DNA of 64,000 bases from the human T2T-CHM13v2.0 reference genome, Homo sapiens (GCF_009914755.1 NC_060933.1); one strand, 5' to 3'; positions 1 through 17,159 are shown, counted from the first letter of the stretch. The notes: a model not told the origin generated them from the sequence alone. Made by a program: numbers and translations.

Positions 1-293
1 TTTAAGGCATCTTGGGAAACAAGAATACCATCCTGACTCAGGAGAAATTGGTCACGTAAATCACTTTGTTTCAAGTGCTTTGGCCTCTGAGCATCTCAAA
101 TGGACACATACTTCATTGGCTTATTAACTCATTGCCGGAGTCACTGAAGGCCCAAACTACAACTTCATGCCTGACCACACACCAAGGCTTTTTTATTGCT
201 TAGTTTTCTGGCTCTTTGCCTATTCTGCTCTCCCTACCCATAACCATGTGAGTATCATGTCCAGCAAACTAACTTACTCCTTCTCTCTCCCCA

Positions 294-294
<1 letters not shown>

Positions 295-330
<36 letters not shown>

Positions 331-352
331 ACACTCCACACGCACACATACA
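295..352. repeat. (CA)n microsatellite
   Basis: Pure CA run of about 35 bp followed by degenerate CA repeats. Confidence 0.95.
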
Positions 353-456
353 CAGAGCATTTTTCATGGGTATGTTGTCAGACAGATTTCTCTGTTCTGA
401 AGGCTCATCTCCTTAGAGAACCTTACCGTGTCAATGTTGCATTTAGTTTAGTTTAG

Positions 457-753
<297 letters not shown>

Positions 754-755
754 TG

Positions 756-979
<224 letters not shown>

Positions 980-1439
980 TGTTGTATTTAGTTTTAACAC
1001 TGTTATCTTCTCAGATTGTAATGAGAGAACAGGCTATCATCACTTGGTGATAAAATTTCCTGTAATTATAATCTCATTCTCAAAGATAAAACATTGATAC
1101 CTAATGTGCTTTTAACTTTAATGCCAATTTATCACAATGGAAGACATTTCAAATAAATACTGTTTTTTTGTTCATAAGGTCTTAAAAATCTTGAATATAA
1201 CTGCAAAAAAGCATTACATGTTAAAAGAAATCACAAAATTAGTTAAGAAAGGAGCCAAACTGAAAGAAGATTATATTTCTATGCCCTTGAATCTTTACAA
1301 AATTTAGTAAAAACTATTAATATAGAATTATTTACAAGAGACTTCTCTATTTACCAGCCCAATATCTTCACATTTCTACAATCTAAGGGGAGGTGATTGT
1401 GGCCAGAAAAGTTTCTGGGCTCTGGTATTGCAGTTTTCC

Positions 1440-1617
1440 TGCACTTACCACCATCCGGCATGTTATATATTTTACTTATTTTTCTTGCTTATTGCTGTCT
1501 CTTTCCACAAGTTCCATGAGCAGAGACAGTTTATCTGTGTTTTTTACGGCTATTCTCAATGTCTGTAACAGTGTCTAACGTACTATAGTCATTAAAGAAA
1601 TGCTGGTTGGGTGAATT
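1440..1617 (+). mobile_element. L2 3' end fragment
   Basis: gcacttaccacc...aagttccatgagcagagac...acagtgtctaac...gaaatgctggttgggtgaat resembles the L2 3' terminus. Confidence 0.7.
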
Positions 1618-2246
1618 CAGAAATAAATTAGTAAATAGGTGAAGCATGTTGGTTTAATATTCATCATCAGAACTTAAAAACAGTTTAAAGAACCTCAACT
1701 GAGTTTTGTACAATAAGTAGTGACAAGGTGGGACAGAGGTAATTTCTTTGTATCTCTGAGGCTTTCCATTTCATGAGGAACATAGAATAATATGTGTTTC
1801 CAAATGCAGTGTTCAATATCTGAAGAGTATATATCATCAGTATAGAAAATAGACAACACATGTTAAAGGGAATGTAAAAATTCTAGATGATTTTTAAGGT
1901 ATGTATGGTTTAATCAATTGTTTATATGCTATTCTCTTCTCTTAAAATGAAATAATGCGAATGAAAAAATAAACCTTACAGGTAGTTTCTGGGAAATTCA
2001 GACAACAAAATTGTCTAACATACGCCAAAAACAATATAGCATTTAATGATGACATGGATTCCGAAAGACAAATCACTGCTCATCATATTACAAGGAATCC
2101 AAACAACTGAGGGGTTATCATTTATCTATAGTTGCATAACAAATTACCCTAAAATTTAGCAGCTTAAAACAACAATTTATTATTTCATAAATTTCTGGGG
2201 ATGAGGAATCCAGAAGCAGATTCACTGGGTGGTTCTGGCTCAAAGT

Positions 2247-3002
<756 letters not shown>

Positions 3003-3654
3003 CCTGTCATGAGGTTGTAGTCAGCTGTCAGTTGGGGCTGCAATCTCATCTGATGGATTAACTGGGGAAAGATGGGCTTCCCAGCTCACTGGTGTAGTTG
3101 TTGGCAGGCCTCAGTTTCTTCTCGCTGGAGACTTCAGTTCTTGCCATCGGCTTCTCCACAGGTTGTCCAGATTACCTAATGACATAGCAGCTGGCTTCCC
3201 CAAAAGCATGGAATGGGGGTTGGGGATGGGATAAGAGAGAGAGAATCCAAGACAGAATGCACAGTCTTCTTATAACTTAGGTTTAGAAATAATATATCAG
3301 TACCTCTGCCACATTCTGTTGGTCACACACACTAACCCTGGTAAAACATGGGAGTGAACCATACAGGGGGAACTGGGGTCATTGGTGGTCATCTTTGAGG
3401 CTGGCTATGGTAATTAGGTAAAAATAAAAATTCAGTCTGCAGAAACGTATGTACTTATGTTACTTAAAATATTTTAACCAATTAGTGAAAAATGACTTTG
3501 AAGTATTTTTAGCTGCTATAATAATTGAGTAGGAATTATTTTTTCTTGGATTGAGTTATATTTACTATAAAAATACTTACTTTTTTTGTCAAACACATTT
3601 ATAAGTGCTGCAAATATTAGTGACCAATGGTCTATTGCTCTAAATAAAAAGCAC

Positions 3655-3847
3655 CAGGAGTTAGTATAGTAGTTGACTCCAGCCTCTGGTGCTAGACTGC
3701 CTGGGTTTGAATATTTACTTTTGCACTTACAACTTGTAACAACTTGAACAATTTATTCAATCTCTCTGTTCCCTAGTTTTCTCATATGTCAAATGGGAGA
3801 AACAAATAACATCTGCTTCATATGGCTGTTATGAAGGCTAAGTAGGT

Positions 3848-3879
<32 letters not shown>

Positions 3880-3889
3880 GTGTGTGTGC

Positions 3890-3941
<52 letters not shown>

Positions 3942-4055
3942 CTTAGAATAGGGCCTGGCACAGAGAATATGATAAAAGAATATTATTTGTTTCCTCTTTT
4001 TATCATCCAGAACATGGTGTAATGCCCAATACATTGTAGATACTCAATAAATGTT
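3655..4055 (+). mobile_element. MIR interrupted by a compound (TA/TATG/TG/GA)n microsatellite at 3849-3935
   Basis: gactgcctgggtttgaat...ctctctgttccctagttttctcatatgtcaaatggg MIR core. Confidence 0.8.
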
Positions 4056-4245
4056 TTTGTATGATCCCTAAACATTGTCTGTAAGGAATTTACAATGGAG
4101 TTTACAGTAAAAGGTGGTACATGGTAGGTACCATGGAAGCATTACAAACAGATGACCATGTGAATCTGAAAGAAGCACAGATTGATTTCTTCGTCATAAA
4201 ACATGGTTGTATTTGAGCTAAAGCTTAGAACTAATGAAGATTATT

Positions 4246-4542
4246 GCCAGGCGTGGTGGCTCACGCCTGTAATCCCAGCACTTTGGGAGGCCGAGGTGGG
4301 AGGATCACAAGGTCAGAAGATCGAGACCATCCTGGCTAACATGGTGAAACCCCGTCTCTACTAAAAATACAAAAAATTAGCTGGGTGTGGTGGCGGGCGC
4401 CTGTAGTCCCAGCTACTCAGGAGGCTGAGGCAGAATGGTGTGAACCCAGGAGGTGGAGCTTGCAGTGAGCCGAGATCGCGCCACTGCACTTCAGCCTGGG
4501 CGAGAATGCAAGAGTCTGCCTCAAAAAAAAAAAAAAAAAAAG
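4246..4542 (+). mobile_element. Alu (AluSc/Y-like)
   Basis: gccaggcgtggtggctcacgcc...gagatcgcgccactgcac...polyA. Confidence 0.95.
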
Positions 4543-4571
4543 AGTATCAATGTATCAAAATCATTATTTTA

Positions 4572-4703
4572 GGCTGGGCATGGTGGCTCACATGTGTAAT
4601 CCCAGCACTTTGGGAGGCTGAGGTGAGAGATCACTTGAGCCCAGGAGTTCAAGGCCAGCCTGGGCAAAATGGTGAGACCCTGTCTCTACAAAGAAAAAAA
4701 AAA
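4572..4703 (+). mobile_element. Alu left monomer (FLAM-like)
   Basis: ggctgggcatggtggctca...cctgtctctacaaag followed by A-run; monomer only. Confidence 0.9.
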
Positions 4704-5332
4704 GATTATTATTCCCCAAATAGGAAATAACATAAGCAAACGTCCCCTATTTCCCCCACGATGGAGCTGGAGCATGGTGTATGAGAAGGAGAGTCAGAGG
4801 GAGCAAGAATGAAGGGGTCAGGTTGGTACCAGGTAATGAAATCATTTTAACATAAGACTACATGATTTGGACTTCATTGTGTGGTCACTTCGGAGCATTT
4901 TAGCAACAAAATAATGTCTTAGGAAGATTAATCTGGTCCAATTGTAAAGTAAATTGAGATTCAGGCTTCAGGCTTGGCTTGATCCAGGATTCAAATAAAA
5001 TCACCAAGAATCTGTATTTCAGATCTGCTTTTTTTGTGTGGCTCTGCCTGTGGCTCCATAAGAAGCACAGAAAAAAGAGAAATGGTCTGTTAAACAGAAA
5101 AAGTGAAAAAGCTTCACTCCCAGAAAATATCTTCTTGCATCTCATCGGCCTGAGTTCACTCATGTTCGTATTCTTCAACAAATTATCATGTCCAGGATAT
5201 GAAACGGCTGCTTGGATCCAGGCACACTGATAACGCTGATACCACACCTAGAAAAAGAAATGAATTTCATTCAAATTCCATTCTACTATTTTAAGGTTTC
5301 ATGTCTAGATGGCTGGAGATTAAGTGTTGCAG

Positions 5333-5627
5333 TCCAGGCGTGGTGGCCCACGCCTGTAATCCCAGCACTTTGGGAGGCCGAGGTGGACAGCTCACTTGAG
5401 GACAGGAGTTTGAGACCAGCCTGGCCAACATGATGAAACCCCATCTCTACTAAAAATACAAAAAATAGCCAGGCTTGGTGGTGCGTGCCTGTAATTCCAG
5501 CTACTCGGGAGGCTGAGGCAGGAGAATCACTTGAATCCAGGAAGTGGAGGTTGCGGTGAGCCAAGATGGCACTACTGCAGTCCAGTCTGGGTGACAGAGA
5601 CTTCATCTCAAAAAAAAAAAAAAAAAG
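5333..5627 (+). mobile_element. Alu (AluS-like)
   Basis: Full dimer plus polyA. Confidence 0.95.
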
Positions 5628-5949
5628 TAAGTTTTGCAATTAGGAGACATGCCTATAATGTTTATTTAGTGGTGATACGTATGGTTTAGTCCTTTAATTA
5701 TAGTGTGGTTTAAATGCAAATTTAAAGTAACTCAAATACAGCTATTTTTTCTCACATCATAGGGAGACTATAAAGTCCCTCAGTAATCATTCTTCAAATA
5801 GATATTTTTCTTCTTTCATCTACTGCCTTCACGACTGCAGTCACTTTCTCCAACAGTCTTTTCTCCAAATAAAAACAAAAACACCACTACCACCACTACC
5901 AAAAATCTCAAGTACCTGCTATCTCTGATCTTTCTCATCTGCTAATATT

Positions 5950-6140
5950 CTCTTCCTCCCTTACTCCCCTCCTCTTTTCTTCCTTTCCTCCTTCCCCATC
6001 TCTCCATCTCACACCTCCCTCTCTTCCTACCTCCCTTTCTTTCAACCTTTTCCCCTTCTATTCTTCCTTCCCTCGCTTCCTCCTTCCCTTCCTTCCTTCC
6101 TTCCTTCCTTCCTTCCTTCCTTCCTTCCTTCCTTCCTTTT
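5950..6140. repeat. Polypyrimidine tract ending in (TTCC)n
   Basis: About 190 bp almost entirely C/T; perfect TTCC repeats about 6088-6137. Confidence 0.95.
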
Positions 6141-6162
6141 TGCTATTAAAAATTCCTCAAAC

Positions 6163-6475
6163 TGGCTGGGTGTGGTGGCTCATGCCTGTAATCCTAGCAC
6201 TTTGGGATGCCGAGGTGGGTGGATCACTTGAGGTCAGGAGTTTGATACCAGCCTGGCCAACATGGTGAAAACCCGTCTCTACTAAAAATACAAAAATTAG
6301 TAGTGTATGGTGGCACCGCACCTGTAGTCCCAGCTACTCAGAAGGGTGAGGTGGGCGAATCACTTGAACCCAGGAGGCAGAGGTTGTAGTGAGCCGAGAT
6401 CGTTCCACTGCATTCCGGCCTGGGTGACAGAGTGAGTGAGACTGTCTCAAAATAACAACAACAACAAAAACAAAC
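6163..6475 (+). mobile_element. Alu (AluSx/Sz-like)
   Basis: Full dimer, (CAA)n tail, TSD caaactgg. Confidence 0.95.
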
Positions 6476-6699
6476 TGGCAATGCAGGACTTCCTTGAAAG
6501 ACAGAGGAAAGGAAAAGATTAAGAGAAGTTATACCAAAACTCTTTTTAATAGGTAGGCAGGGAAAAAATTGGGAACCTTTATACATCAATAATTTTATTC
6601 TCATAATACTTGGAAATCATGACTAGCTGTTGCTCTTCTTCAACATCTAACTATTATCATTTCCACATCTGATTCAAGCACTTCCTTTTTACATGTCTT

Positions 6700-7035
6700 T
6701 TTTTTTTCTTTGCCTGAAATATTATTTCCTTCCATCAAATTAACCTTTCTGCCCACCTGGCAACCCTCTCTTCTTCAAGCCTTACTCATCAAGAAGCCTT
6801 CCCTAGCAACAGGGAAGGCTCTGCTACCAATCCCACCTTTATGCTCTCTGGACTACCACTTTGTCTTGTACATTTCTATTAAATTGTAACTTTTCATTTT
6901 TGTTACACATCTATTGACTCTACTGCTCAGTGAACTATTTGAGACCAGGACACCATTTTGCATACCTAGCACAATACCTACCACATAGTAGACATTTCAT
7001 AAATCCTTATTGATTGAATAAATCAATGATGAATA
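6700..7035 (+). mobile_element. L2 3' fragment
   Basis: ...aagaagccttccct...cctagcacaatacctaccacatagtagac...tgattgaataaat. Confidence 0.65.
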
Positions 7036-7145
7036 ACATTTTTATAAATTTCATTTTGTATTTGAGTTGAAGCTCCAAGTATTACACCCTGTTAGAGATT
7101 TTAAACTTGATTTTTAAAATATTGGACTAGAGCTTAAAAGAAGAT

Positions 7146-7664
7146 TATATTAGTCAGGGGTCTCAAGAGAAACAGAATCAATAAAGTATACATTTATTAT
7201 ATAATTCATTATAAGAAATTGGCTCACATGATTGTGGAGGCTGACAAGTCTCAATACCTACAGTCGGCAAGCTAGAGACCCAGGAGAACCTATGGTGTAG
7301 TCCAGGCTCATTCCAAAGGCCTAAGAACCAAGCGAGCCAATGATGTAGTTCTAGTGTGAAAACCTGCAGGCTCTAGACACAGGAAGAAGCCAATGTTTCA
7401 GTTAAAGTCCAAGGGCAGGAAACACCAAGGTCCCAGCTCAAACATAGTGAGACAGAAGGAATTCTCTCTTACTCAGCCTTTTGTTCTATTCAGGCTTTCA
7501 ACAGATTGGATGAGGCCCACCCACAATCTGCTTTACCCAGTCTACTGATTTAGATGTTAATCTCATCCAGAAACACCCTCACAGACACACCTAGAATAAT
7601 GTTTGACCAAATGTCTGGGCACCCTGTTACCCAGTCAAGTGGATGCATAAAATTAAACACCATA
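7146..7664 (-). mobile_element. MLT2B-like ERVL solo LTR
   Basis: tattagtcagggg..tc.agagaaacagaatcaata...gaaacaccctcacagacacacctagaataatgtttgaccaaatgtctgggcacc...cagtcaagt. Confidence 0.9.
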
Positions 7665-8149
7665 AAGACTAAAGCCTGTAGATGAATATCTGGTAACACC
7701 TCACAGAGGAGAGACCTAAAGCTGTGATAACGTCTCTGAAGCCAAGAGAGAAAGGCTAGAAAAAGCAAGATCTGGGATATTTCCTTAGAATCCTTGCCTG
7801 AAGGCCAAGAAGATGAGGAAGTTAATTTTCTCATCCAGAGTGGTGGTATCGAGCTAGAAAATTGTGAAGATCTTTCTAGTTCTAAAACATCTGTTACCTC
7901 CTTACCTTGGGGTTTCAAGACTGGGTAAATGGAAATACTAAGATAATTGGATGATGTAAGAAGATTTTGGATGGGAACAATATCTTGTTATGCACCAGTT
8001 GTATGGAAACTACTTATTTATAAGATTTAAAATTCTACGTATATTCCTTCAGGAAATGTTGTCGGCTTTCTACAAGATGCAGCTTTAATTGTATTATTGG
8101 GAACCATCATTGATTATTAGGTTCTTTGGAGAAATTTCTTTCCTTCAAT

Positions 8150-8430
8150 TAGAAGCACCCATGAAGGATATGAAGAAGAGTTGGTCAAAGAACTATAAGA
8201 AGATCATAGAATGTACTGCACTATAGAAGCCAAAGGAAGAGGTAAATCAAGAGGCAAGAAATGATGGAAAGGTATTTTGCTATAGAGAGGTAAAGGTTGA
8301 TAAGACTTGGGAAAAAGGCCATCGGATTTTACGATTAGGATATTAAGGACAAGTTTCAGCCAAGTCATGAGAAACTGAGCATCAGTTAGGTCCCTGTTGT
8401 TTGATATTATGACAATGTGGTGGATTTAGT
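8150..8430 (-). mobile_element. L2 fragment
   Basis: Purine-rich gaagccaaaggaagagg...aagacttgggaaaaaggccatcggattt, typical of antisense L2. Confidence 0.5.
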
Positions 8431-8799
8431 AATTAGAGTCTTTCAAAATTGTCTGTTAGTGCTTTGCAGCTTGGGGGCATGAGCAGAGAAGGTAGGGGGC
8501 AGGAGGAATGGGGAGCATGTCTGTGGCTGAGAGTTGAAGGCTTGAATGGTAAGAGTAGGCTTGAGGATTGTGGCTTGTTAGAAAAGACAGCATTAAAATA
8601 TCTGAACATGGGACTTTGTTTTTAGAAAGGATACAAATGAAGTTAAAAGCCAGAAGAAGGTCTTGGGTGGGATTTTCAAGCTGCATTCCTTGGAGTCTTG
8701 AATCGTGGATTAGAGAAAAGACCACCCTGTGTTGATCTCAGTAGCTTCTCCTGTTAAACATCACAGCACATGTGCTTTGACCAGTTTTGTATATTAAGG

Positions 8800-9110
8800 C
8801 TCTATGTGGCTATCTTCTGTCCCGCTCTGTCCCCCATGGCCATTCTCTTTCCTTCACCATGCTGCTCTATGACCCGGGAGGCTGACCTATATGGACCATA
8901 TCAGTGGGCTGCTTTGCCCTCCTGCTTCTGTTTGGATTTTGCCCTTGGGGAGCACTTGCATGAGCTTGCAGGGAGGGAGAATGAGAGGCAAGGTATAATC
9001 TGCTGTGACCTACAGGGTCATCAGGATCCTTTCCCCTTCAGGCCTAGAGTTGGTAATAATGCCCAGCTTTCTTAGGCCCTTGAAATTTCTCTATACCCTG
9101 CTATATCTGT
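8800..9110 (+). mobile_element. LTR33-like ERVL LTR fragment
   Basis: ctgctctatgacccgggaggctgacctatatggaccatatcagtgggct..ttgccctcctgcttc matches the recalled LTR33 motif. Confidence 0.75.
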
Positions 9111-9148
9111 TCAATTGCCTACATAACTTAACCAGTGTATGCTTACTA

Positions 9149-9605
<457 letters not shown>

Positions 9606-9635
9606 AGGACAAGAAGTTTTCCATCTACTCTATGA

Positions 9636-9848
9636 GAGTGGTTCTCAATCTGGGATAATTTAGCTCCCTAAGGGACATTTGTTAATTTAAGACATTTTTG
9701 GTTGTCACAACTGGAGGAGTAGTGCTACTGGCATCTAGTGGATAAAATCCAGGGATACTGCTAAACATACTGCAATGCACAAGACAGCCCCCACAACAAA
9801 AATTACCCTGCCCAAAATATCAATAGTGCTGAGGTTGAGAAATGCTGG
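9636..9848 (+). mobile_element. MER20 hAT element
   Basis: gtggttctcaa...gggacatttg...gacatttttggttgtcacaactgg...agtgctgaggttgagaaatgctg, with inverted termini. Confidence 0.9.
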
Positions 9849-10016
9849 TCTTGAAGATGTTAAAAAGATTGTCAGTTTGTTCATCATATCGCTGTGGCTT
9901 GGCGAAAAGAATCACAGAGTTAATTTTATAACTATGAAGGATTGTTAGGAGCTGAGTTTTTTTCTAGTTCTTATTTTTTAATTATTTTATGATACTTTTC
10001 ATAAAAAGTGGTGTAA

Positions 10017-10332
<316 letters not shown>

Positions 10333-11589
10333 CAGAAATTGATGGTTTCTTTAGCAATTTTGTCACCCATCAAGTCGTTAGTCATATTAATCCTCCATAA
10401 CTTAGTCTTTTTGCCCCCTGATTATCTTTTGGGTGGGCAGTGAAAGTATTCATACCTCTTTTAGCAAAACCTATCTCTTCTTGGATTTCCTTTGCTTGCT
10501 GATTAAGAGGAAGGACTATCTGTGAAAGACTCAGATGTGGCTCAATGGAATGAATGTGAGAATGGTATGAGTGTGGGTGGTGGGTGCTGTGGGGGTCGGA
10601 GATGAGTGGCTGAACCATCCAAAAATAAGAATACTGACAAGCGTGTTTTCTTGTGTGTGTGTGCGTGTTGTGGGAGGAGTGTAACTGATGTGGCTAGACA
10701 GGATTAACGAAAGTCTCAGGAGTTGAGAGAGACTGGGGACATTTTACCAATGGCGAGAAGGAGGAAGGATGACAGCTGGGAAAATTAGTGATTGGAAAAG
10801 GTAGGCTGGGCAGTGTGGCCATGAGCTAGTCCTTTTCATTATATTCTTCTGGGGCTCTATGTTTAAAACTAGATACTTTAACATTTCAGAATGAGAAAGA
10901 GAGGAAAGGATGGTAACTGATATGGGCTATTATACTGTGAATTTTAAAGGAGCCTATATATTATCCTAAAACTATTGAACCTGAGCAGAACTGCAACGTT
11001 GGTATTCTTGAACTGAACTGATATTTCCTTTGACTAATGTCCTTGTTCAATGACCAGAGACCATGACACTCCCCACCTTCACCCCCACACATTGTTTGTT
11101 TGTGTCCAGTTTGAAGAACAATGACACATGGAGGTCAGTGTTTGGATGATGTCATAATTTTGATCAGCTGGAAAGCCTGGAGTGGCCTTGAAGAGATGCT
11201 TAACTTTTGGAAATCACTTCTTTATTGCAACCAAAGCTATTAAGTTTAAAGGTCCATAAAGATGAGATAAACAGTCATAAAGGCCTTTTGAAATTCATAC
11301 TTAGTGTGTTAAATGGATTTAATTGCTGTTAGTTAAATGTGGTGATGTTAAAGCAATGTCTATACACTGGCAAAAATCAGATCATCAACTGCTTAATGAG
11401 GGACACGTCTTGAGAAAAACAGTGGAAGAAATGCTGCTTATATGTAATTTGTGATTAATTTTTGCAAGGTTTTCAAGGGAATAACTTGGCCTTAAAATAT
11501 TACAGTGAAAAACAGCTTTATACTTGGGTCCAATCTTCTTAAAATTAGAGTTCATTTTTGCTATTAGACACCTTTTATTACAGGATAAC

Positions 11590-11886
11590 TTTTTCTTCCC
11601 CCTTGGAGACAGAGTCTTGCTCTGTTGCCCAGGCCAGAATGCAGTGGCGTGATCTCGGTTCACTGTAACCACCGCCTCCCAGGTTCAAGTGATTCTTGTG
11701 TCTCAGCCTCCTGAGTAGCTGGGATTACAGTGCCTGCCACCATACCTGGCTAATTTTTTGTATTTTAGTAGAGACAGGGTTTCATCATGTTGCTCAGGCT
11801 GGTCTGAAACTCCTGAGCTCAGGCAATCCACCCGCCTTGGCTTCCCAATGTGCTAGGATTACAGATGTGAGCCACTGAGCCCAGCC
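11590..11886 (-). mobile_element. Alu
   Basis: Full dimer; degenerate TSD tta(c/t)aggata(a/g)ctt. Confidence 0.95.
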
Positions 11887-12064
11887 AGTTATAGGATAGC
11901 TTCTAAACTTACAATCCTTGAAATATCATTTTAGGATAATTCTGATCCTGCATACCAGTGAAATAAGTATAATTGAAATATTAAACCAAATTTGGCTTCA
12001 ACATTAAACCAAAATTAAACCAAATTAAGCCAGTATGTTAAATACATAGTTTAATCTTAATTCT

Positions 12065-12300
12065 AGTTAATATTTTTCATTTCCTATGTGTCAGGCAATA
12101 TACTAAACAACTTACATGTATTACTATTTTAATTCTCCTGGTAAACTGGAGGGGTGTGCAATTATTGTCATCTCCATTTTATAGATGAAGAAAACTGAGT
12201 CATAAAGAGGTTATGTACTTGGCTGAAAGTCACACAGTCAGTGATACTGTTGGAATTTGCACCCAGACAATTTAATTTTAGAGCCTATTTTCAACCACTC
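12065..12300 (-). mobile_element. MIR
   Basis: ctccattttatagatgaagaaaactgagtcataaagaggtt...aagtcacacag. Confidence 0.85.
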
Positions 12301-12585
12301 TCTGAGACTGCTTTCCTTTTCTGTACTTTTGATGATAAATGTGAAAAGATAATTTTGAGGGCATTATGGTGTATTGGATCTTAAAAACCCAGGTAATAAG
12401 TCCCATCTATAGTACAAATAAGCTGCGTGATCTTAGGGAAATCACATAACTGCTTCTGTAAAATGAGAGATTACATTAAGTTATTTCCAAAATGTCTTTT
12501 CGACTTCAATGTGGTGATTCCATAGTAATGTATAGGTTTTTAAAAAACCATATCCTTCAATCAAATGGTCATCCTTTAGCATTAA

Positions 12586-12952
<367 letters not shown>

Positions 12953-13274
12953 TATTGACCCCATTTGTTGATGCTTAGGGATGAAAGTGGAAACTCCACT
13001 GCTAAAACAGAGAATATTACTTGAGTCATTCCTCTGTCATATATGGGATGTTTGCCAGCATGGAACATTCACAGAAATTATAACTGTAAAGGCCCTAGCA
13101 ATGATTTAATGCCGTCTCTTCACATTATAGTTGGGGAAGCTCAAACTGTGACAGGGTCAGGGACAGGTAAAATTCACAAAGTTGGTTTACAGCAGAACTG
13201 TGCTACAGTTATCTGGATTCAGATCCAAGTCCCCTCCAAATGAATCACAACCACTTCTACCTTTATAATTCCAG

Positions 13275-13384
13275 GCCATGAAAGATCACTGTTTTAGTCT
13301 GCGTGGTGCAGTGGAACAGATAGACCTCGGTTTGAATCTCAGCTCTACTGTTTACTAGACATGAAATGGGGAAATCTAAAATGA
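13275..13384 (+). other. Candidate exon A (110 nt, MIR-derived) of a putative spliced transcript
   Basis: Acceptor cttctacctttataattccAG|GCC; donor ATGA|GTAAGT (consensus); body is MIR-like (gtggtgcagtgg...agacctcggtttgaatctcagctct). Confidence 0.55.
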
Positions 13385-14059
13385 GTAAGTATACACAGAA
13401 ACACACATTACATACATATATGTAATGTTCAGGATCATTACACTGAACTTTAGGGCTTAGTACTAATGTACAATCAAGGTTGTGTTAGTACTGAGCAGTA
13501 TATCTTTTATTGTTGAAGTCCAATAAGAACAGAGCAGATATCAACCTAATTTGTAAGTGATGCATTTTCCTAAACTAAATGCCCAATAATGGAATGGGCT
13601 AGAATATTGCAGGACAGGGCTGTGAATGGAGGAAAGCAGTTGGAAAATCAATCCTTTTAAAGGCACAAAAGGATGAATGAACCACATTCCCAAGAACCTG
13701 CTCCCACCCACTGCTGTTCCCACCCCCGCTGTAGTTGGTAGCATGTTCACAAGGAAGGAGCTGGCTAGCTTTCATGGGAGCCACATCATCCATCAAATCA
13801 CATTAGTGTTGTTGATTTGAATGTTGTTTCCTTTGTAGGTCTGCTTGCTTTGACTTTGTAAAATTGTTTAGTCTTGCCATTATTATATAAGGACTATAAT
13901 CATAAGGCATTTATATTTCATTTTGTATTATGTATTTAAGCAAAATTAAGTTAAAAATTAGACAGAGATATATAGGATGATTTTTCCTTCAAGAGTTATT
14001 CATTTATTTCCTTTTGGATATGAAAAACGCTTATGCAGTCCTGTATGTGGTCTCTCTCT

Positions 14060-14368
14060 CTTTTTATTTTTATTTATTTATTTTTTGAGATGGAGTCTTG
14101 CTCTGTTGCGCAGGCTGGAGTGCAGGGGTGCTATCTCGGCTCACTGAAACCTCTGCCTCCTGGGTTTAAATGATTCTCCTGCTTCAGCCTCCTGAGTAGC
14201 TTGGATTACAGGTGCCAGCCACCATGTCCGGCTAATTTTTTTGTATTTTTAGTAGAGACGGGGTTTCACCATGTTGGCCAGGCTGGTCTTGATCCTGACC
14301 TCAAGTGATCCGCTTGCCTCAGCCTCCCAAAATGCTGGGATTACAGGCATGAGCCATTGTGCCTGGCC
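14060..14368 (-). mobile_element. Alu (AluSx-like)
   Basis: Full dimer; TSD tgtggtctct. Confidence 0.95.
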
Positions 14369-14783
14369 TGTGGTCTCTTTTTAAATGTTTGAGATTTTCT
14401 CTGACCATCACATGATGGCAGCCGCAAGTTGTAAATATATTAAATGAGATAATACCAAATGGCATAAGACCACTGTGAATTCAGTGATGTTCCAAAATAA
14501 CTTGTATTTTATTCATCACACAGGCATTTATATAAATTAAAAAATAATAGCACCTGAAAACATGAAAATAATTGTATTCAAGGTTATTTACTGCAGCATG
14601 ATTTTTAAGAGAAAAGACTGGAAACAACCCAAATGTCCACTAATCGAGACTGTGTGAACCCAAGATGTTATAGCTGCATCACACAGCTGAGAGAAGGAAT
14701 AAGATCTATTTCTACTCACTGCCAGTGGTAATCTCCAGGAAGCGCTGTTAAGTGAAAGAGCAAACTAGAGAAAATGTGAATAG

Positions 14784-15302
<519 letters not shown>

Positions 15303-16711
15303 TAAAAAAGGAACAATTTCTAAAAAGGAAGTCAAAAGAAACACATTAAACTAACTGTAAGTTGAGTTGGTAGCATAACCACACAGACAGAAATTATTTC
15401 AAGTGACTTTAACACATACTGATGTGACTGTGCATCCCTATCGAGATAGAAATAAAGGTAAATATAAATAAAGGTAAAAATAAGCAAGATATAAATAAAG
15501 TTAAAATGAACTGCAACAATCCTGAATAGTTTTCAATAATTATATCATAAATAGTAATTTTGGTATTGTTATTTTAAAACAGTTATATTTATAATACATA
15601 TGTTAATGTAATCATGTTTATGCTTATCATAACATATGGATGCACAGCTATTAGGATAATGTATAAACATGATTATGTTAATGCCATTAGGGACCAAGAT
15701 TTCAGAGAAAAACAAAGAAAAATATAAAATTAAAGAAGCCAGTAAAAATGTTATCTTAAATTTAAACTGGAAACCTCAGTATAAACTCATAATGTGTTTT
15801 CTTTTAAAAAATTATTTTCAAATTCAGTCTCCTGAATAGAACTCGCAACAATTACCAAGCCAGTAGCAACGACAATAAACAGCCCTAGTGCCCAGATGGT
15901 GCTCTCCAAATGCCATTTTCCACTAAAAGGAATGAGGGCTCCTTGGAGAATTGGATGTTTTCAGATACAGAGCAGAACACATACAAAAAGTTCCTGGAAC
16001 ATTTGTCATACTGAAAAGCAGATACACTATGAAAGACTATAGTAATTGTATCAAAAGAACTCAGGAGCCACCATGAAGAGGCCCCCAGTGTCCAGAAATG
16101 GAATAATGTGAACATTAAGAATAATAAATCTTAATTTGTCAAGATACAAATTTAATCATATCGTAGATACTCATAGCAGCATTATTTAAAATAATGAAAT
16201 ATTAGACACAACTTAAATATTCAAAACTAGCAGTGTGCCCTTATATATAGAAATGTCATTTAAACCTTGTAGAAGAGAAGTTTATGATTTAGGAAGATGT
16301 TTACAATATGCTGTAAAACACACACAACAAGTCATAAAATATTATGCATGCAGTATATTCCAGTTTATTTTAAATGATCTAGGTATAAATATCCATAAAA
16401 AGAAAACTGAATGAATAAATGGTGAAATGTGAATAGTTGCTATATCTGTGTGGCAGGATTACAGGTGGTTGTATTCTAGTTTCTCTTTATGTTCCAATCT
16501 TCTACAGTTAGCATGTATAATTTTATATTTTTTTAATACAAAATATGTTATTTAACTAGTATTTACTAAACAAAAAATTAAAAATTAATATATTTTATAA
16601 AAACAAAAGCATATGAATAGAAAAGTACATTATTTTTTAGGTTATAGACAATGCTTGTACCTGTGTTTAGGGATTTGATCCTCCAGGTAGGAAACTACAG
16701 ATCTAATTTAA

Positions 16712-17039
<328 letters not shown>

Positions 17040-17159
17040 TAATTTAAAAAATTTTTAAGTCACCAAAAAGCAAAGTGACATGCTCAAGTCCATTATTGCC
17101 AAGCAAAGAAAAAAATGTCAAAAGTACAAAATGTGGTTATGTTTTAAAAATTAGATTAT

